DNA of 64,000 nt from Patescibacteria group bacterium (lineage in GTDB: Bacteria > Patescibacteriota > Minisyncoccia > Phycocordibacterales > Phycocordibacteraceae): assembly GCA_018970425.1 (NCBI GenBank), contig JAGWWK010000003.1:10687-74686 (forward strand). Direction: 5' to 3'. Below, in pieces: positions 29,855-38,528 of this stretch. The notes below the pieces were generated by a model. That model was not told the DNA's origin. It saw only the letters and a list, made by a program, of their open reading frames with translations, and did no database searches. The position numbers were made by a program, and so were the translations under genes. Each line of letters opens with the position of its first letter. Positions within the stretch are counted from its first letter, which is position 1.

Positions 29855-29927
29855 TCCGCCCTGTTGGACTCGAACCAACGACCCACTCCTTAAAAGGGAG
29901 CTGCTCTACCAACTGAGCTAAGGGCGG
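29855..29927 (-). tRNA. tRNA-Lys (anticodon TTT)
   Basis: Minus-strand sequence 'CCGCCCTTAGCTCAGTTGGTAGAGCAGCTCCCTTTTAAGGAGTGGGTCGTTGGTTCGAGTCCAACAGGGCGGA'. Cloverleaf with anticodon loop CTTTTAA. Confidence 0.8.
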
Positions 29928-30124
29928 ATGCAGTGATTATGCACTAAATTATGGCTCATTGCCACAGCCGGGGTCGGTTGATATCGCGCTTGCGCAATTC
30001 TACGAGAGGAGTATAGTACGCGCCATGTTAGAGTCTGCTATGACCAAACAGGACAAGTATAGTGCTGAAGGTTCCTTAGGTCCTCGTCTTGCAATAACTT
30101 GTGCTTGTATCGCCTTAGTTTTGT

Positions 30125-30637
30125 TTGGATTTGCAATCTACTTCACATGTAGTTCATCTGACGAAGAACTTGGCTAGTACCTATCTTATTCTTCACAACA
30201 TCCGCTCCGCGGAAAATGTTGGGTCACTCTTTCGCACCGCCGACGCATTCGGTGTTACTAAGATATACCTCACCGGATTTACACCGTCGCCGCTCGACCG
30301 GTTCAAGCGTCCGGTATCCAAAATAGCTAAGACCGCGCTCGGCGCGGAGCTCGTCGTTCCCTGGGAGTTTGGGCAGGTACATGTGTGTATAGAGCGACTG
30401 AAAGCCGAAGGTGTCCGTGTTGTTGCGCTCGAGCAGGACGCGCGGGCAGTCGAGCTTATGGCCTACTCCCGAAATGGGGATAGTGCGCTCATTCTCGGTA
30501 ACGAGGTTGATGGAATCGATGCAAGCACGCTCGAAAAAGCTGATGATGTTGTCCACATCCCGATGCACGGAGCCAAAGAGTCGCTCAATGTTGCAGTAGC
30601 TGGCGGGATAGCGCTCTACGCGCTTACTGAGCGTTAG
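30125..30637 (+). CDS. SpoU/TrmH-family RNA 2'-O-methyltransferase
   Basis: 'LILGNEVDGIDASTLEKADDVVHIPMHGAKESLNVAVAGGIALYAL' is the SpoU motif 2/3 region and 'NVGSLFRTADAFG' is motif 1. The start codon is uncertain (TTG). Confidence 0.75.
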   Translation: MDLQSTSHVVHLTKNLASTYLILHNIRSAENVGSLFRTADAFGVTKIYLTGFTPSPLDRFKRPVSKIAKTALGAELVVPWEFGQVHVCIERLKAEGVRVVALEQDARAVELMAYSRNGDSALILGNEVDGIDASTLEKADDVVHIPMHGAKESLNVAVAGGIALYALTER

Positions 30638-31557
30638 TAGGTAATTACGCTGACCACCTTATCGTTTTCATCAAGAAGCCGTATGCGTTCTGAGCGTGAA
30701 CGCCAGAGCTCAGAGTCGCGTGAGAGGAATAGGTACCATGTATCGCGATAGAAACCGGGCTGGGTCTTGTGCCGCGCCACGCATCCGTTATAGGAGAGTT
30801 CAGTAGTAACAAATTGTACGCACTGATTGCCCGCGGACCCAGGAACTGATTTTGTCGAGAACTCGCACCGCCCCAGAGAGCGGACGATCGACTCGCACTC
30901 GTCGGTGTAGGTACCTAGAGCAAAGTACGTGTCAGCTTCGGTAGTCGGTCGGGGGCAGTCTAGTGAAAGCGGAGGAGTGAAATCTTGGAATTGTTCAAAA
31001 TAGCCCGTACAGAGATTGGTGCGGAAGGATGTACCAATTGGCGATCGTTTTGTAATCAGGTACGCCGTATGTCCTGGTGCAAGTGCCACAGGTTCCGCGA
31101 TACTATTACTTCCTTGAGCAGGAAGCGCTACAGCAAGTGGCACGGCTACGCGTAGGCCGGAGACTGACGACTCTAGTTTCCATCCAGAAATAGTAATCGG
31201 ACTCTCAGCCGATGAATTTACACGAAGTGTGAGATACTCTCCATCAAGACTAGCGCTTGCAAGAGATGCTGATAGTGAGACGCGGTTGGCGTACGGTGAG
31301 CGCTCTTCCGTAATGGCTCCAAGGTATGTGGTAATGGTGGTAGATTTTGGGCCCTCGTCTTGACCTTCAGTACCACCGAGGAATACGCGTGGGATAGGTA
31401 TGCCCGGTATAGTAGACCCTTGCTGTTGGCTAAAGAGGGGACCGCCGCGCGCCAAATCACTTTCGGTTCCGCCAGTGTAGTACCAAGCAACACCGAGCGC
31501 TATCATCAGTAAAACGACTATCGCGAGATCTTGTTGAGGAGTACGTGCCATAGGCAC
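30634..31557 (-). CDS. membrane-anchored surface protein with a lamin-tail-domain-like (LTD) region
   Basis: N-terminal TM 'LAIVVLLMIALGVAW'. 'ISGWKLES..SGLRVAVP...TAYLITKRSP' and a C-terminal 'RLLDENDKVVSVITY' resemble the LTD fold signature. Confidence 0.45.
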   Translation of the reverse strand: MPMARTPQQDLAIVVLLMIALGVAWYYTGGTESDLARGGPLFSQQQGSTIPGIPIPRVFLGGTEGQDEGPKSTTITTYLGAITEERSPYANRVSLSASLASASLDGEYLTLRVNSSAESPITISGWKLESSVSGLRVAVPLAVALPAQGSNSIAEPVALAPGHTAYLITKRSPIGTSFRTNLCTGYFEQFQDFTPPLSLDCPRPTTEADTYFALGTYTDECESIVRSLGRCEFSTKSVPGSAGNQCVQFVTTELSYNGCVARHKTQPGFYRDTWYLFLSRDSELWRSRSERIRLLDENDKVVSVITY

Positions 31558-31568
31558 AGTATACCGCT

Positions 31569-32792
31569 CTACGAACGACGTGCCGTAAGCTCTTCACGAG
31601 TTACTCGAGCATCGTCCCACGGCGTCTTCTGTCCACGCGGACCCATAATGAAAGGATCAGTGCCTTTACCGGTTATTAGGACGGTGTCTCCTGGGGAAGC
31701 GAGTGTAAGTGCTTTTCGGATTGCCGCCCGTCGATCATAGATGATGTCTGCCGGACGAGTGAGTGCAACGGCCATTTCCTGCACTATTGTATGCGGATCT
31801 TCATCATAAGGATCTTCGTTTGTCAGAATGACGTGGGCACACTCGCGGTCTGCAATTGCTGCCATTTCGGGACGCTTCCACGTATCGCGGCCACCACCTG
31901 TGTTACCGAGGACGCAGATCTTACGTCCTGGAAACGCACGGTACAGGGCCGCAAGAGAGTCGGGCGTGTGTGCGTAGTCTACAATAACGGTAAAGTCTTG
32001 ACCCTCATCAATGTACTCAACGCGACCGCGTACCAGGTTTAGCTTTTCGAGCGCGCGTACACAGACCTCAGGTTGAATGCCGAGTGCGATTGCAGCTGTG
32101 AGCGCGCCAATCGCGTTAACTGCGTTAAAGCGACCGGATAGCGGGAGTCGCACCGCGTGTCCTTTCCAGGTAAAGAGCATTGCGCGGCCATCTTCGCGGA
32201 CATCAGGTATATCGCGTTCGCTGTAGGGCAGGGCGTGGTCGACCTGAGCGCTTAAGAATTTCGCGTTCCACTCATCATCGGTGTTTGCGACAATGGTGCG
32301 CGCTCTTTTCGGTGAGCGTTCAAGTTCTCGCACGAGGTCCCACTTGCGCGCAACATACGCGTCGAATGATCCGTGACTCTCAATGTGCTCTCGCTGCACA
32401 TTGGTCATGATCATGACATCGGGGTAAAGGAAAAGGTGTCGGTACTGCCGTGCACCTTCGGTCGTAAGTTCAACTATGGCGTGGGTTGCGCCTTTCAGAA
32501 TTGCACGGCGAAGGAATCGCTGAATGAAACCGCGTCCGGGCATCGTCATCTTCATTCGATTCGCCGTACTTTCTCCTCCGATTGCCGTGCGTATTGTGCC
32601 AACGAGCGCAGTTGTGTAGCCTGCCTCCGTGAGAATAGCAAAGAGCATTTCAGACACGGTAGATTTTCCTTTTGTGCCACCGACGCCAATCACCACCATG
32701 TTCCGAGCGGGGAATCGAGCGAGAATCGCCGCGGCGAGTTGGAGAGCAAAATGGTACGGGGGGCGCAGGTAGCGTTTCAGTATTCCGAGCAT
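31569..32792 (-). CDS. Mur ligase family protein, MurE-like
   Basis: ATP-binding 'VIGVGGTKGKSTVSEMLFAIL' and 'DYAHTPDSLAAL' (MurE-type 'DYAHTPDAL'). At 407 aa it is shorter than canonical MurE. Confidence 0.65.
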   Translation of the reverse strand: MLGILKRYLRPPYHFALQLAAAILARFPARNMVVIGVGGTKGKSTVSEMLFAILTEAGYTTALVGTIRTAIGGESTANRMKMTMPGRGFIQRFLRRAILKGATHAIVELTTEGARQYRHLFLYPDVMIMTNVQREHIESHGSFDAYVARKWDLVRELERSPKRARTIVANTDDEWNAKFLSAQVDHALPYSERDIPDVREDGRAMLFTWKGHAVRLPLSGRFNAVNAIGALTAAIALGIQPEVCVRALEKLNLVRGRVEYIDEGQDFTVIVDYAHTPDSLAALYRAFPGRKICVLGNTGGGRDTWKRPEMAAIADRECAHVILTNEDPYDEDPHTIVQEMAVALTRPADIIYDRRAAIRKALTLASPGDTVLITGKGTDPFIMGPRGQKTPWDDARVTREELTARRS

Positions 32793-32795
32793 ACG

Positions 32796-33365
32796 TTAGA
32801 GTGTACGCGATGCAAGTTTAATTGCTTCGCGTATCTTTTCTTCTGGACTCACCAGAGAGCGGGGTAGTGCACGCACTGCGTCCCGCGCTTCTTTTTGCGA
32901 GTATCCAAGGCCCACGAGTACCTCAAGGACCTCGTGATCAATGCCGGGTTCGGTGCCTTTATCAGGTGCGACCATCTTTTCACGCAATTCAAGCACTATT
33001 TTTTCTGCGGTTTTTTTTCCAATGCCGTACGCGCTTGAAAGCGCCTTCGCATCACCGCGGGCAATAGCGCTTCGAAGTGTCGCGCTCTCAACCGCATTCA
33101 TAACTGCAAGCGCTGACTTCGGTCCGACGCCTGAGACGGTAAGGAGGAGTTCAAAGCACATGAGATCATCTTTCTCCAGAAAGCCAAAAAGGTCGTCAGC
33201 TGTCTCACGTACAGCCTCGTGCGTGTACAACAAGACCTCTTGGCCGTCGGCGATGCGTGTCATGGTCTGCGCAGTTACTGCGATACGGTACCCGATCCCT
33301 CCTGTTTCAATGAGGAGATCTCCGCGAATCGTTCCTATCACTGTCCCACGTACGGAGCCAATCAT
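32796..33365 (-). CDS. ruvA: Holliday junction DNA helicase subunit RuvA (start trimmed to 'MIGSVRG')
   Basis: 'MIGSVRGTVIGTIRGDLLIETGGIGYRI' OB domain. HhH motifs 'LLTVSGVGPKSALAVM' and 'LVGLGYSQKEARDAV'. Confidence 0.85.
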   Translation of the reverse strand: MIGSVRGTVIGTIRGDLLIETGGIGYRIAVTAQTMTRIADGQEVLLYTHEAVRETADDLFGFLEKDDLMCFELLLTVSGVGPKSALAVMNAVESATLRSAIARGDAKALSSAYGIGKKTAEKIVLELREKMVAPDKGTEPGIDHEVLEVLVGLGYSQKEARDAVRALPRSLVSPEEKIREAIKLASRTL

Positions 33366-33403
33366 GGTTGCATTGTAGCGGTTTTTCGGGTACTGTACGA
33401 GCC

Positions 33404-33667
33404 ATGGCACTAAAGAAGTCCGCGAAGAAGGCGATTCGTTCATCGAAGCGCAAATTTGTTTTGAACTTGCGCCGCCGTCGCGCCGTGCATGACACGGTTA
33501 AGGCAGCGCGAAAGTCCGCAGGTGCGGATCGCGCCGCTCAAGACGCGGCACTTACAGAGGCGTACCAAGCGATAGACAAGGCGCTTAAGCGCGGCGTCAT
33601 TAAGAAGAACACTGCCGCACGCAAGAAGTCACGACTTGTGAAGTTCCTCAAAAAAGGAGGCAAATAG
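33404..33667 (+). CDS. rpsT: 30S ribosomal protein S20
   Basis: 'MALKKSAKKAIRSSKRKFVLNLRRR...' is typical basic S20. Divergent from ruvA, with a short shared spacer. Confidence 0.8.
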   Translation: MALKKSAKKAIRSSKRKFVLNLRRRRAVHDTVKAARKSAGADRAAQDAALTEAYQAIDKALKRGVIKKNTAARKKSRLVKFLKKGGK

Positions 33668-33675
33668 TCTCGAAA

Positions 33676-33702
33676 AAACCGCCCATCTGGGCGGTTTTTT
33701 AC
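33676..33702. terminator. rho-independent (bidirectional) terminator after rpsT
   Basis: 'aaaaaaccgcccatctgggcggtttttt'. Confidence 0.7.
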
Positions 33703-33841
33703 TTGGTACCCGCGACTCTCAGCTCACCCACGTTCACCTCGGTCGAGGCCCGCTCGTCGCGGTTTAGCGGAGGGTAAAACATCGCTGCAGTCATCATAAA
33801 AGCAGAAAACCTGCCGGCAGGGCAGGTATTTCAGTCTTTTG

Positions 33842-33913
33842 TGCTCCCGGCAGGAATCGAACCTACATTACAAGCTCCGCAAGCTTGCGTCCTATCCATT
33901 GAACGACGGGAGC
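33842..33913 (-). tRNA. tRNA-Arg (anticodon GCG, tentative)
   Basis: Minus-strand sequence 'GCTCCCGTCGTTCAATGGATAGGACGCAAGCTTGCGGAGCTTGTAATGTAGGTTCGATTCCTGCCGGGAGCA'. Anticodon loop TTGCGGA. Confidence 0.7.
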
Positions 33914-34080
33914 GAACGAGGAGCGCCGCGAACACTTGTTTTCATGGCGTCCGAGTGATGGTCCCGAAAGCCTGAGCTTACGGGAGCGAACGAGGAGCGC
34001 CGCGAACACTTGTTTTCATGGCGTCCGAGTGATGGTCCCGAAAGCCTGAGCTTACGGGAGCGAACGAGGAGCGCCGCGAA
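33907..34080. repeat. 74-bp tandem direct repeat, 2.35 copies, beginning inside the first 7 nt of tRNA-Arg
   Basis: Unit 'cgggagcgaacgaggagcgccgcgaacacttgttttcatggcgtccgagtgatggtcccgaaagcctgagctta' occurs at 33907, 33981 and 34055 (the last copy is partial, 26 nt). The copies are identical. Confidence 0.85.
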
Positions 34081-34167
34081 AATGTAAGTCCTGGCGTCAG
34101 CGTGTTGCCCCCGAACGCTGCGCGATAGGGAGCAATGCGCCTACTGTAGCACAAAGTCGTGATTTTT

Positions 34168-34650
34168 CTAGCCGATACCTATCCAGTCAGCGAGTCGAGC
34201 GGAGAACGAGTTAAGAGACTCGACTTCTTCGATATTGTGGTTCTTAAGTGCGGTGCGGACTGCGCGAAAGTCCGCACGTCGAAGCGGTACCGTTACCACC
34301 TTGACGAGTCCTTTATTGAGTGAGAACTGAAGCATTGTTGGGGTACCTCCGGTAGTATGATCATCAATTGCGAAGTTAGCGATCGCGGGAAATTCAAATA
34401 CCTGATCGCCCACATGAATACCGCGATCCGTTATTTTGAATAGGTGTAGCGCAGGGCGTCGCGATCCTGCGAGAGTGACAGTACCACCTGCGAGGAGAAG
34501 TATGATACCGAAGAGAAAGTTTCCGATAATGAATGCCGCTGTTGCGGAGCCAATCGATAGTATTCCTATTGACCAGTACCAAGTTGAGGTCTTGTGCACA
34601 AACTCGGTTTCAGTATCTTGCCAGGATGTATACACGACCGGCTGTTCCAT
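34168..34650 (-). CDS. hypothetical membrane protein (bacterial PH-domain-like topology)
   Basis: Two adjacent TM helices, 'WYWSIGILSIGSATAAFIIGNFLFGIILLLAGGTVTLAG', followed by a soluble domain. Confidence 0.4.
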   Translation of the reverse strand: MEQPVVYTSWQDTETEFVHKTSTWYWSIGILSIGSATAAFIIGNFLFGIILLLAGGTVTLAGSRRPALHLFKITDRGIHVGDQVFEFPAIANFAIDDHTTGGTPTMLQFSLNKGLVKVVTVPLRRADFRAVRTALKNHNIEEVESLNSFSARLADWIGIG

Positions 34651-34669
34651 AGGGGAAGTATACCTCGTG

Positions 34670-35044
34670 CTAGGCGTCGTTCAGTTTCACTGTGATTTTA
34701 TTGTTGATGATAGTTACAGACTCATGCGGAATAGACGCGCGAAAATGCTCAAATGCACCAGACCCGTCTTCCTCGCCTCTACACGAGTACAGTGAGAAGT
34801 AGATTGAGTTATGCTCGGGGTATGTGTGTATAGCCGCATGAGACTCTGCGAGTAGAACGAGTGTGGTATACCCAAGAGGCGTAAAGCGGTGGGGTAGAGA
34901 TCCGAGTACGGTAAAGTTGTCGATTTTTAAGCCCTCATGGAGTGTGGCGTCAATGAGTTCTATATTGTTGAGTACCTCGGGCGGAACGCCGTGGAAAACG
35001 GCGGAGATCTCGTTACCCGTGGCCGGAGATTGATAGTGTGTCAC
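34670..35044 (-). CDS. speD: S-adenosylmethionine decarboxylase proenzyme (small SpeH/SpeD-type, pyruvoyl-dependent)
   Basis: 'LVLLAESHAAIHTYPEH' matches the AdoMetDC 'ESHISIHTWPE' self-cleavage/active-site region. 124 aa. Confidence 0.7.
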   Translation of the reverse strand: MTHYQSPATGNEISAVFHGVPPEVLNNIELIDATLHEGLKIDNFTVLGSLPHRFTPLGYTTLVLLAESHAAIHTYPEHNSIYFSLYSCRGEEDGSGAFEHFRASIPHESVTIINNKITVKLNDA

Positions 35045-35187
35045 TGCAGTAGTTCATATTAGGTTCTGACAAAACGCCGCAGACGAATCGTACGACACGA
35101 GAAATGTAGCACCTCAGTGGAGTGGCGCAAGCGCATATGGTCATTAGTGTGTATAAGCGAGCTCATGCCGCGAGCTTACACGCGCGT

Positions 35188-35459
35188 CGTTCTCATCTCA
35201 CACGCGAGTGCTCCCAGCACCCGCTCGCTTCCGCTTACAAAAATAACCGCCTTGCGGCGGTATTTTTCTACGGCGGAGGCGGTGAGATTCGCCCGCGGCT
35301 CGGCGCTGCTGCGCCGGCCTGGGCACCGACTCGCGCGCCTCCGCGCGCTCCGTCGTTCTCATCTCACACGCGAGTGCTCCCAGCACCCGCTCGCTTCCGC
35401 TTACAAAAATAACCGCCTTGCGGCGGTATTTTTCTACGGCGGAGGCGGTGAGATTCGAA
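35188..35459. repeat. duplicated 108-bp segment: the tRNA-Ser 3' end (21 nt), its terminator hairpin and about 60 nt of flank, present twice 164 bp apart
   Basis: 35188-35295 is identical or near-identical to 35352-35459. Copy B runs into the intact tRNA-Ser; copy A carries only the 3'-terminal 21 nt plus 'aaaaataaccgccttgcggcggtattttt'. Confidence 0.8.
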
Positions 35460-35525
35460 CTCACGGTCCAGTTACCCGGACGCCTGATTTCAAGTCAGGT
35501 GCTTTAGACCACTCAGCCACACCTC
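35439..35525 (-). tRNA. tRNA-Ser (anticodon TGA), long variable arm
   Basis: Minus-strand sequence 'GGAGGTGTGGCTGAGTGGTCTAAAGCACCTGACTTGAAATCAGGCGTCCGGGTAACTGGACCGTGAGTTCGAATCTCACCGCCTCCG'. Anticodon loop CTTGAAA and discriminator G73. Confidence 0.8.
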
Positions 35526-35579
35526 CGCTTAGGATACTAGCGTGTTTTGCCTAAGATATCAAAAGGATATACTGCAGGT

Positions 35580-35972
35580 ATGCCACGACTCATGGGTATC
35601 GACTTTGGTGCGAAGCGGGTCGGCGTCGCGCTTTCAGACGAAAGCGGAAAGGTAGCGTTCCCAAAGGCCGTGCTGCCGAACGACCGCATGCTTGTCGGGG
35701 AGCTGGTTGCGTTTGCGAAGACGTACGGTATTTCAGAAATCGTCATGGGTGAATCTAAGGGGAATAGGGGAGAGGATAACCCGATTGCGGAACGCGCTCG
35801 AGCGCTCGCCGCCGAGCTCAAGCGAGAGACGGGCGCCGAGCTCCACTACGAGCCGGAGTACTATTCATCGCAGGAAGTGAGAATGCATACGGGTGCCTCG
35901 CGCGTCGATGCCGAGGCTGCGGCGGTCATACTTAATAGTTTTTTAACCAAACGATATGGCAGTCACGATTGA
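35580..35972 (+). CDS. ruvX: Holliday-junction resolvase-like / pre-16S rRNA nuclease YqgF
   Basis: 'MPRLMGIDFGAKRVGVALSD' is the YqgF/RuvX N-terminus with its catalytic Asp. The ORF track starts further upstream at 35547. Confidence 0.75.
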   Translation: MPRLMGIDFGAKRVGVALSDESGKVAFPKAVLPNDRMLVGELVAFAKTYGISEIVMGESKGNRGEDNPIAERARALAAELKRETGAELHYEPEYYSSQEVRMHTGASRVDAEAAAVILNSFLTKRYGSHD

Positions 35973-36279
35973 TCAGTTTAGTGCCCTTGAGATCCGTATT
36001 GGCACCGTTGCAAGCGCTGAGCGGGTGCCGGACTCAGATAAGTTACTGCGGCTTACCGTAGACTTTGGTGAGGAGACGCACCGACAGATACTCTCAGGTA
36101 TTGCTGAGTACATTCAACCGGAGGATTTAGTCGGACGGCAGTTTCCATTTGTCACAAACCTCGAGCCACGCGTGATCCGCGGCCACGTGTCGAATGGTAT
36201 GTTACTTGCAATTGGTGATGATGGCATTGCGCTTATGTCCCCGAGTCGCGCCGTGCGACCTGGTGCTGAAGTGCGCTAG
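35956..36279 (+). CDS. tRNA-binding domain protein (CsaA/Trbp111/EMAP-like OB fold)
   Basis: 'LEIRIGTVASAERVPDSDKLLRLTVDFGEE.HRQILSGIAEYIQPEDLVGRQFPFVTNLEPRVIRGHVSNGMLLA' is the Myf-domain consensus. Confidence 0.75.
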   Translation: MAVTIDQFSALEIRIGTVASAERVPDSDKLLRLTVDFGEETHRQILSGIAEYIQPEDLVGRQFPFVTNLEPRVIRGHVSNGMLLAIGDDGIALMSPSRAVRPGAEVR

Positions 36280-36283
36280 CTCT

Positions 36284-36892
36284 ATGACACTCCTCGCACG
36301 CCTTCAGACGCAAATAATTCGATACTGGCTCGGGTTTAAAGATATTGTTGTTGCCGGGCGCGCGTACCCATTCTTAGCCGGACTTTCTTTTTTTGAATCC
36401 TTCCTCATTGCGATACCCGTTGACCCGTTTCTTGCCGCGATAGTGATTGCGGATCGAACGCGGTGGGTCTATGCGGCATGTATTGCGACTGTGAGCTCAA
36501 CGGCGGGAGCTCTTGTAGGGTACGCGCTTGGCTACTTTGCGTTCGACCTCATTCGAGACTGGTTTTTCGCGGTGAGTGAGTCGTCACGGCTGTTGCAGCG
36601 CATAGTAGAACTTTTTTCCGAGAACGCCGTAGCGCTTACGTTTGCCGCAGCACTCACTCCAATCCCCAACGGGCCAGTGGTTATTGCCGCAGGGTTCGTT
36701 GGGACGGCACTCATCTGGTTTTTACTTGCATGGGTCGTTGCGCGTGCCATCCGATTTTTCGGTGTGGCGTATATTGTGTACGCGTTTGGGCAAGACACGC
36801 TCTCGCAGTCAGAACGATTTCTCAATATCGCGACCATTGTGCTTGCCCTCGTGCTTCTGGGTTGGTTTATGATCGCGGCGTCAGGGTTCTGA
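36284..36892 (+). CDS. DedA/SNARE-associated family membrane protein
   Basis: 'YPFLAGLSFFESFLIAIPVDPFLAAIVIADR' is the DedA signature. Start trimmed to ATG 36284, directly after the upstream stop. Confidence 0.65.
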   Translation: MTLLARLQTQIIRYWLGFKDIVVAGRAYPFLAGLSFFESFLIAIPVDPFLAAIVIADRTRWVYAACIATVSSTAGALVGYALGYFAFDLIRDWFFAVSESSRLLQRIVELFSENAVALTFAAALTPIPNGPVVIAAGFVGTALIWFLLAWVVARAIRFFGVAYIVYAFGQDTLSQSERFLNIATIVLALVLLGWFMIAASGF

Positions 36893-36900
36893 CCACGTGA

Positions 36901-37986
36901 GTGCCGTATACTATGGGTATGTACTCGCGCATCGCGACCTATGTCGCGCAGTTTGTGCCACGCTCGCTCGCACCTCGCATCGCGGGTATTGAGATTGCAA
37001 GCACATTTGTACGTGCCGTAACAATTCCGAGCGACGATGGGTCGTGTGAGTTTCTCACCGTGACGCTTGGAGACAGTGCGCGAACGGGCGGCGCGCCCAA
37101 TACTCGAGCGCTCACCGACGCGCTCCGCACGGTGCGCCTTAAACTCGGTTCTCTTCATGCCGTGGTCAGTGTCGCAGAGCGGAAAACATTTCTGTACGAA
37201 ACAGTTGCGCGCGATGTGCACCATATACGTGAGGCAATTGAGTCGACGCTCGAGGCACGCGTACCGCTTCGGGCTGAAGATGTGGTGTGTGATGGGGAAA
37301 TTGTGCGCACTGTTCCTGAAGGGGTAGTCGTTGCCGTGACAGCTCTCCCTCGGGCTGACGTGCTCGCTATTCACACGGCGTCTCGAGACGCAGGGCTTAT
37401 GATTCGCGCCATTGAAACTGAATCCCACGCATTCGCTCGAGCAGTGCTTCACAGTACAGAGCCTGAAAGCGTACTCCTTGTTGACCTTGGGGCGCATGCT
37501 ACACGGATTGCCATTACTGATCACGGCGTGGTCGCGTACGCTGCCTCGGTAGACTTTGGCGTGAAGCTTTTTACATCCGCGATTATGAAGCGTTTATCCA
37601 TTTCAGAAGGGGAGGCGGAGGCGATTCGCATGCAGCGCGGATTTCTTTTAGGTGATGGAAATCGCGATGTGGTTGAAGCACTTGCCGGGCCAGTCTCTGC
37701 TCTGCGTGACGAATTTGAGCGCCATCGTTCATTCTGGAACCATGCTCCTGATCTAGAAGTATCCCGGCTTCCGATCTCGCGCGTGATTCTTGGCGGAGCA
37801 GGTGCCGCGACGCATGGAATTGCAGAGTATCTGTCGGACGCCCTCGGATTACCCGTTATTCAGGCGGACATATGGGCGCACGCTCTAAGAGGCGGTGCGC
37901 TTCCAAAGATGACTGCTAGTGAAGCGTTAGACTACGGAACGGCAGTCGGACTGGCACGACGATATCGCCCGACAGACCCATGGTAA
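36901..37986 (+). CDS. pilM: type IV pilus assembly protein PilM (actin-like ATPase fold)
   Basis: 'IAGIEIASTFVRAV' and 'VLLVDLGAHATRIAITDHGVVAYAASVDFG' are the actin-like phosphate motifs. Followed by pilN/pilO-like genes. Confidence 0.75.
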   Translation: MPYTMGMYSRIATYVAQFVPRSLAPRIAGIEIASTFVRAVTIPSDDGSCEFLTVTLGDSARTGGAPNTRALTDALRTVRLKLGSLHAVVSVAERKTFLYETVARDVHHIREAIESTLEARVPLRAEDVVCDGEIVRTVPEGVVVAVTALPRADVLAIHTASRDAGLMIRAIETESHAFARAVLHSTEPESVLLVDLGAHATRIAITDHGVVAYAASVDFGVKLFTSAIMKRLSISEGEAEAIRMQRGFLLGDGNRDVVEALAGPVSALRDEFERHRSFWNHAPDLEVSRLPISRVILGGAGAATHGIAEYLSDALGLPVIQADIWAHALRGGALPKMTASEALDYGTAVGLARRYRPTDPW

Positions 37987-38528
37987 ATCTACTCACTGAA
38001 GAGATGCGGCGTGAGCGTACCAAGCGGTATATCCGTGCCGTGGGTGATGTATGGTTGACCGTACTCGCGACAAGTATTGCACTTTTGGGTCTCGTTCTTA
38101 TCCCCGTATACATCATGGCTCGCTCGGCAGAAGAGGAGGGTGCGCAGTATCTTGCCGCGGCGGTTCAGATTGCCGAGCGGCGTGAACAGCTGGGTGCACT
38201 TCAAGAAATGGCTGAGCTCACTGAGCGGGTGCGTGTAGTTTCGGAAACACAGCGCTCGCGTCCGTATATGTCGCGAATTGTGCAAACCGTTTCGCAGAGC
38301 GCTTCACCGATTTCTATATCTGAAATTTCACTAACGGCGATTGCTGAGAGTGCTGCGGCAGTCACGATACGTGGTACTGCCGCGTCGAGAGCCGCGCTCG
38401 TTTCCTACACGAACGATCTGAAAGATGTGCCAGAGATCTCCGCACTATCGCTGCCGGTTTCCGCATACGCAGGGGATCGTAACGCTCCATTTACCATATC
38501 CTTTCGCTGGTCAGAACCTGCACCATGA
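37980..38528 (+). CDS. pilN: PilN-like type IV pilus assembly protein (single N-terminal TM)
   Basis: 'MVNLLTEEMRRERTKR' (equivalent to the PilN 'INLLP' start), then TM 'VWLTVLATSIALLGLVLIPVYIM' and a coiled-coil. Confidence 0.6.
   Translation: MVNLLTEEMRRERTKRYIRAVGDVWLTVLATSIALLGLVLIPVYIMARSAEEEGAQYLAAAVQIAERREQLGALQEMAELTERVRVVSETQRSRPYMSRIVQTVSQSASPISISEISLTAIAESAAAVTIRGTAASRAALVSYTNDLKDVPEISALSLPVSAYAGDRNAPFTISFRWSEPAP

Noticed and set aside
29706-29912. 68-aa ORF on the minus strand
   Set aside because: It lies almost entirely within and antisense to tRNA-Lys (29855-29927), so it is a spurious ORF.
33907-34080. Tandem 74-bp repeats as a CRISPR array or as degenerate tandem tRNA genes
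   Set aside because: The units are contiguous with no spacers, so this is not a CRISPR array. They cannot be folded into a cloverleaf, and their only tRNA identity is the 7-9 nt shared with the adjacent tRNA 5' end.
35117-35554. 145-aa and 96-aa plus-strand ORFs, and an 88-aa minus-strand ORF, across the tRNA-Ser region
   Set aside because: They overlap tRNA-Ser, its terminator and the duplicated 108-bp block. Their Arg/Ala-rich low-complexity translations are a product of the GC-rich repeat. They are not genes.
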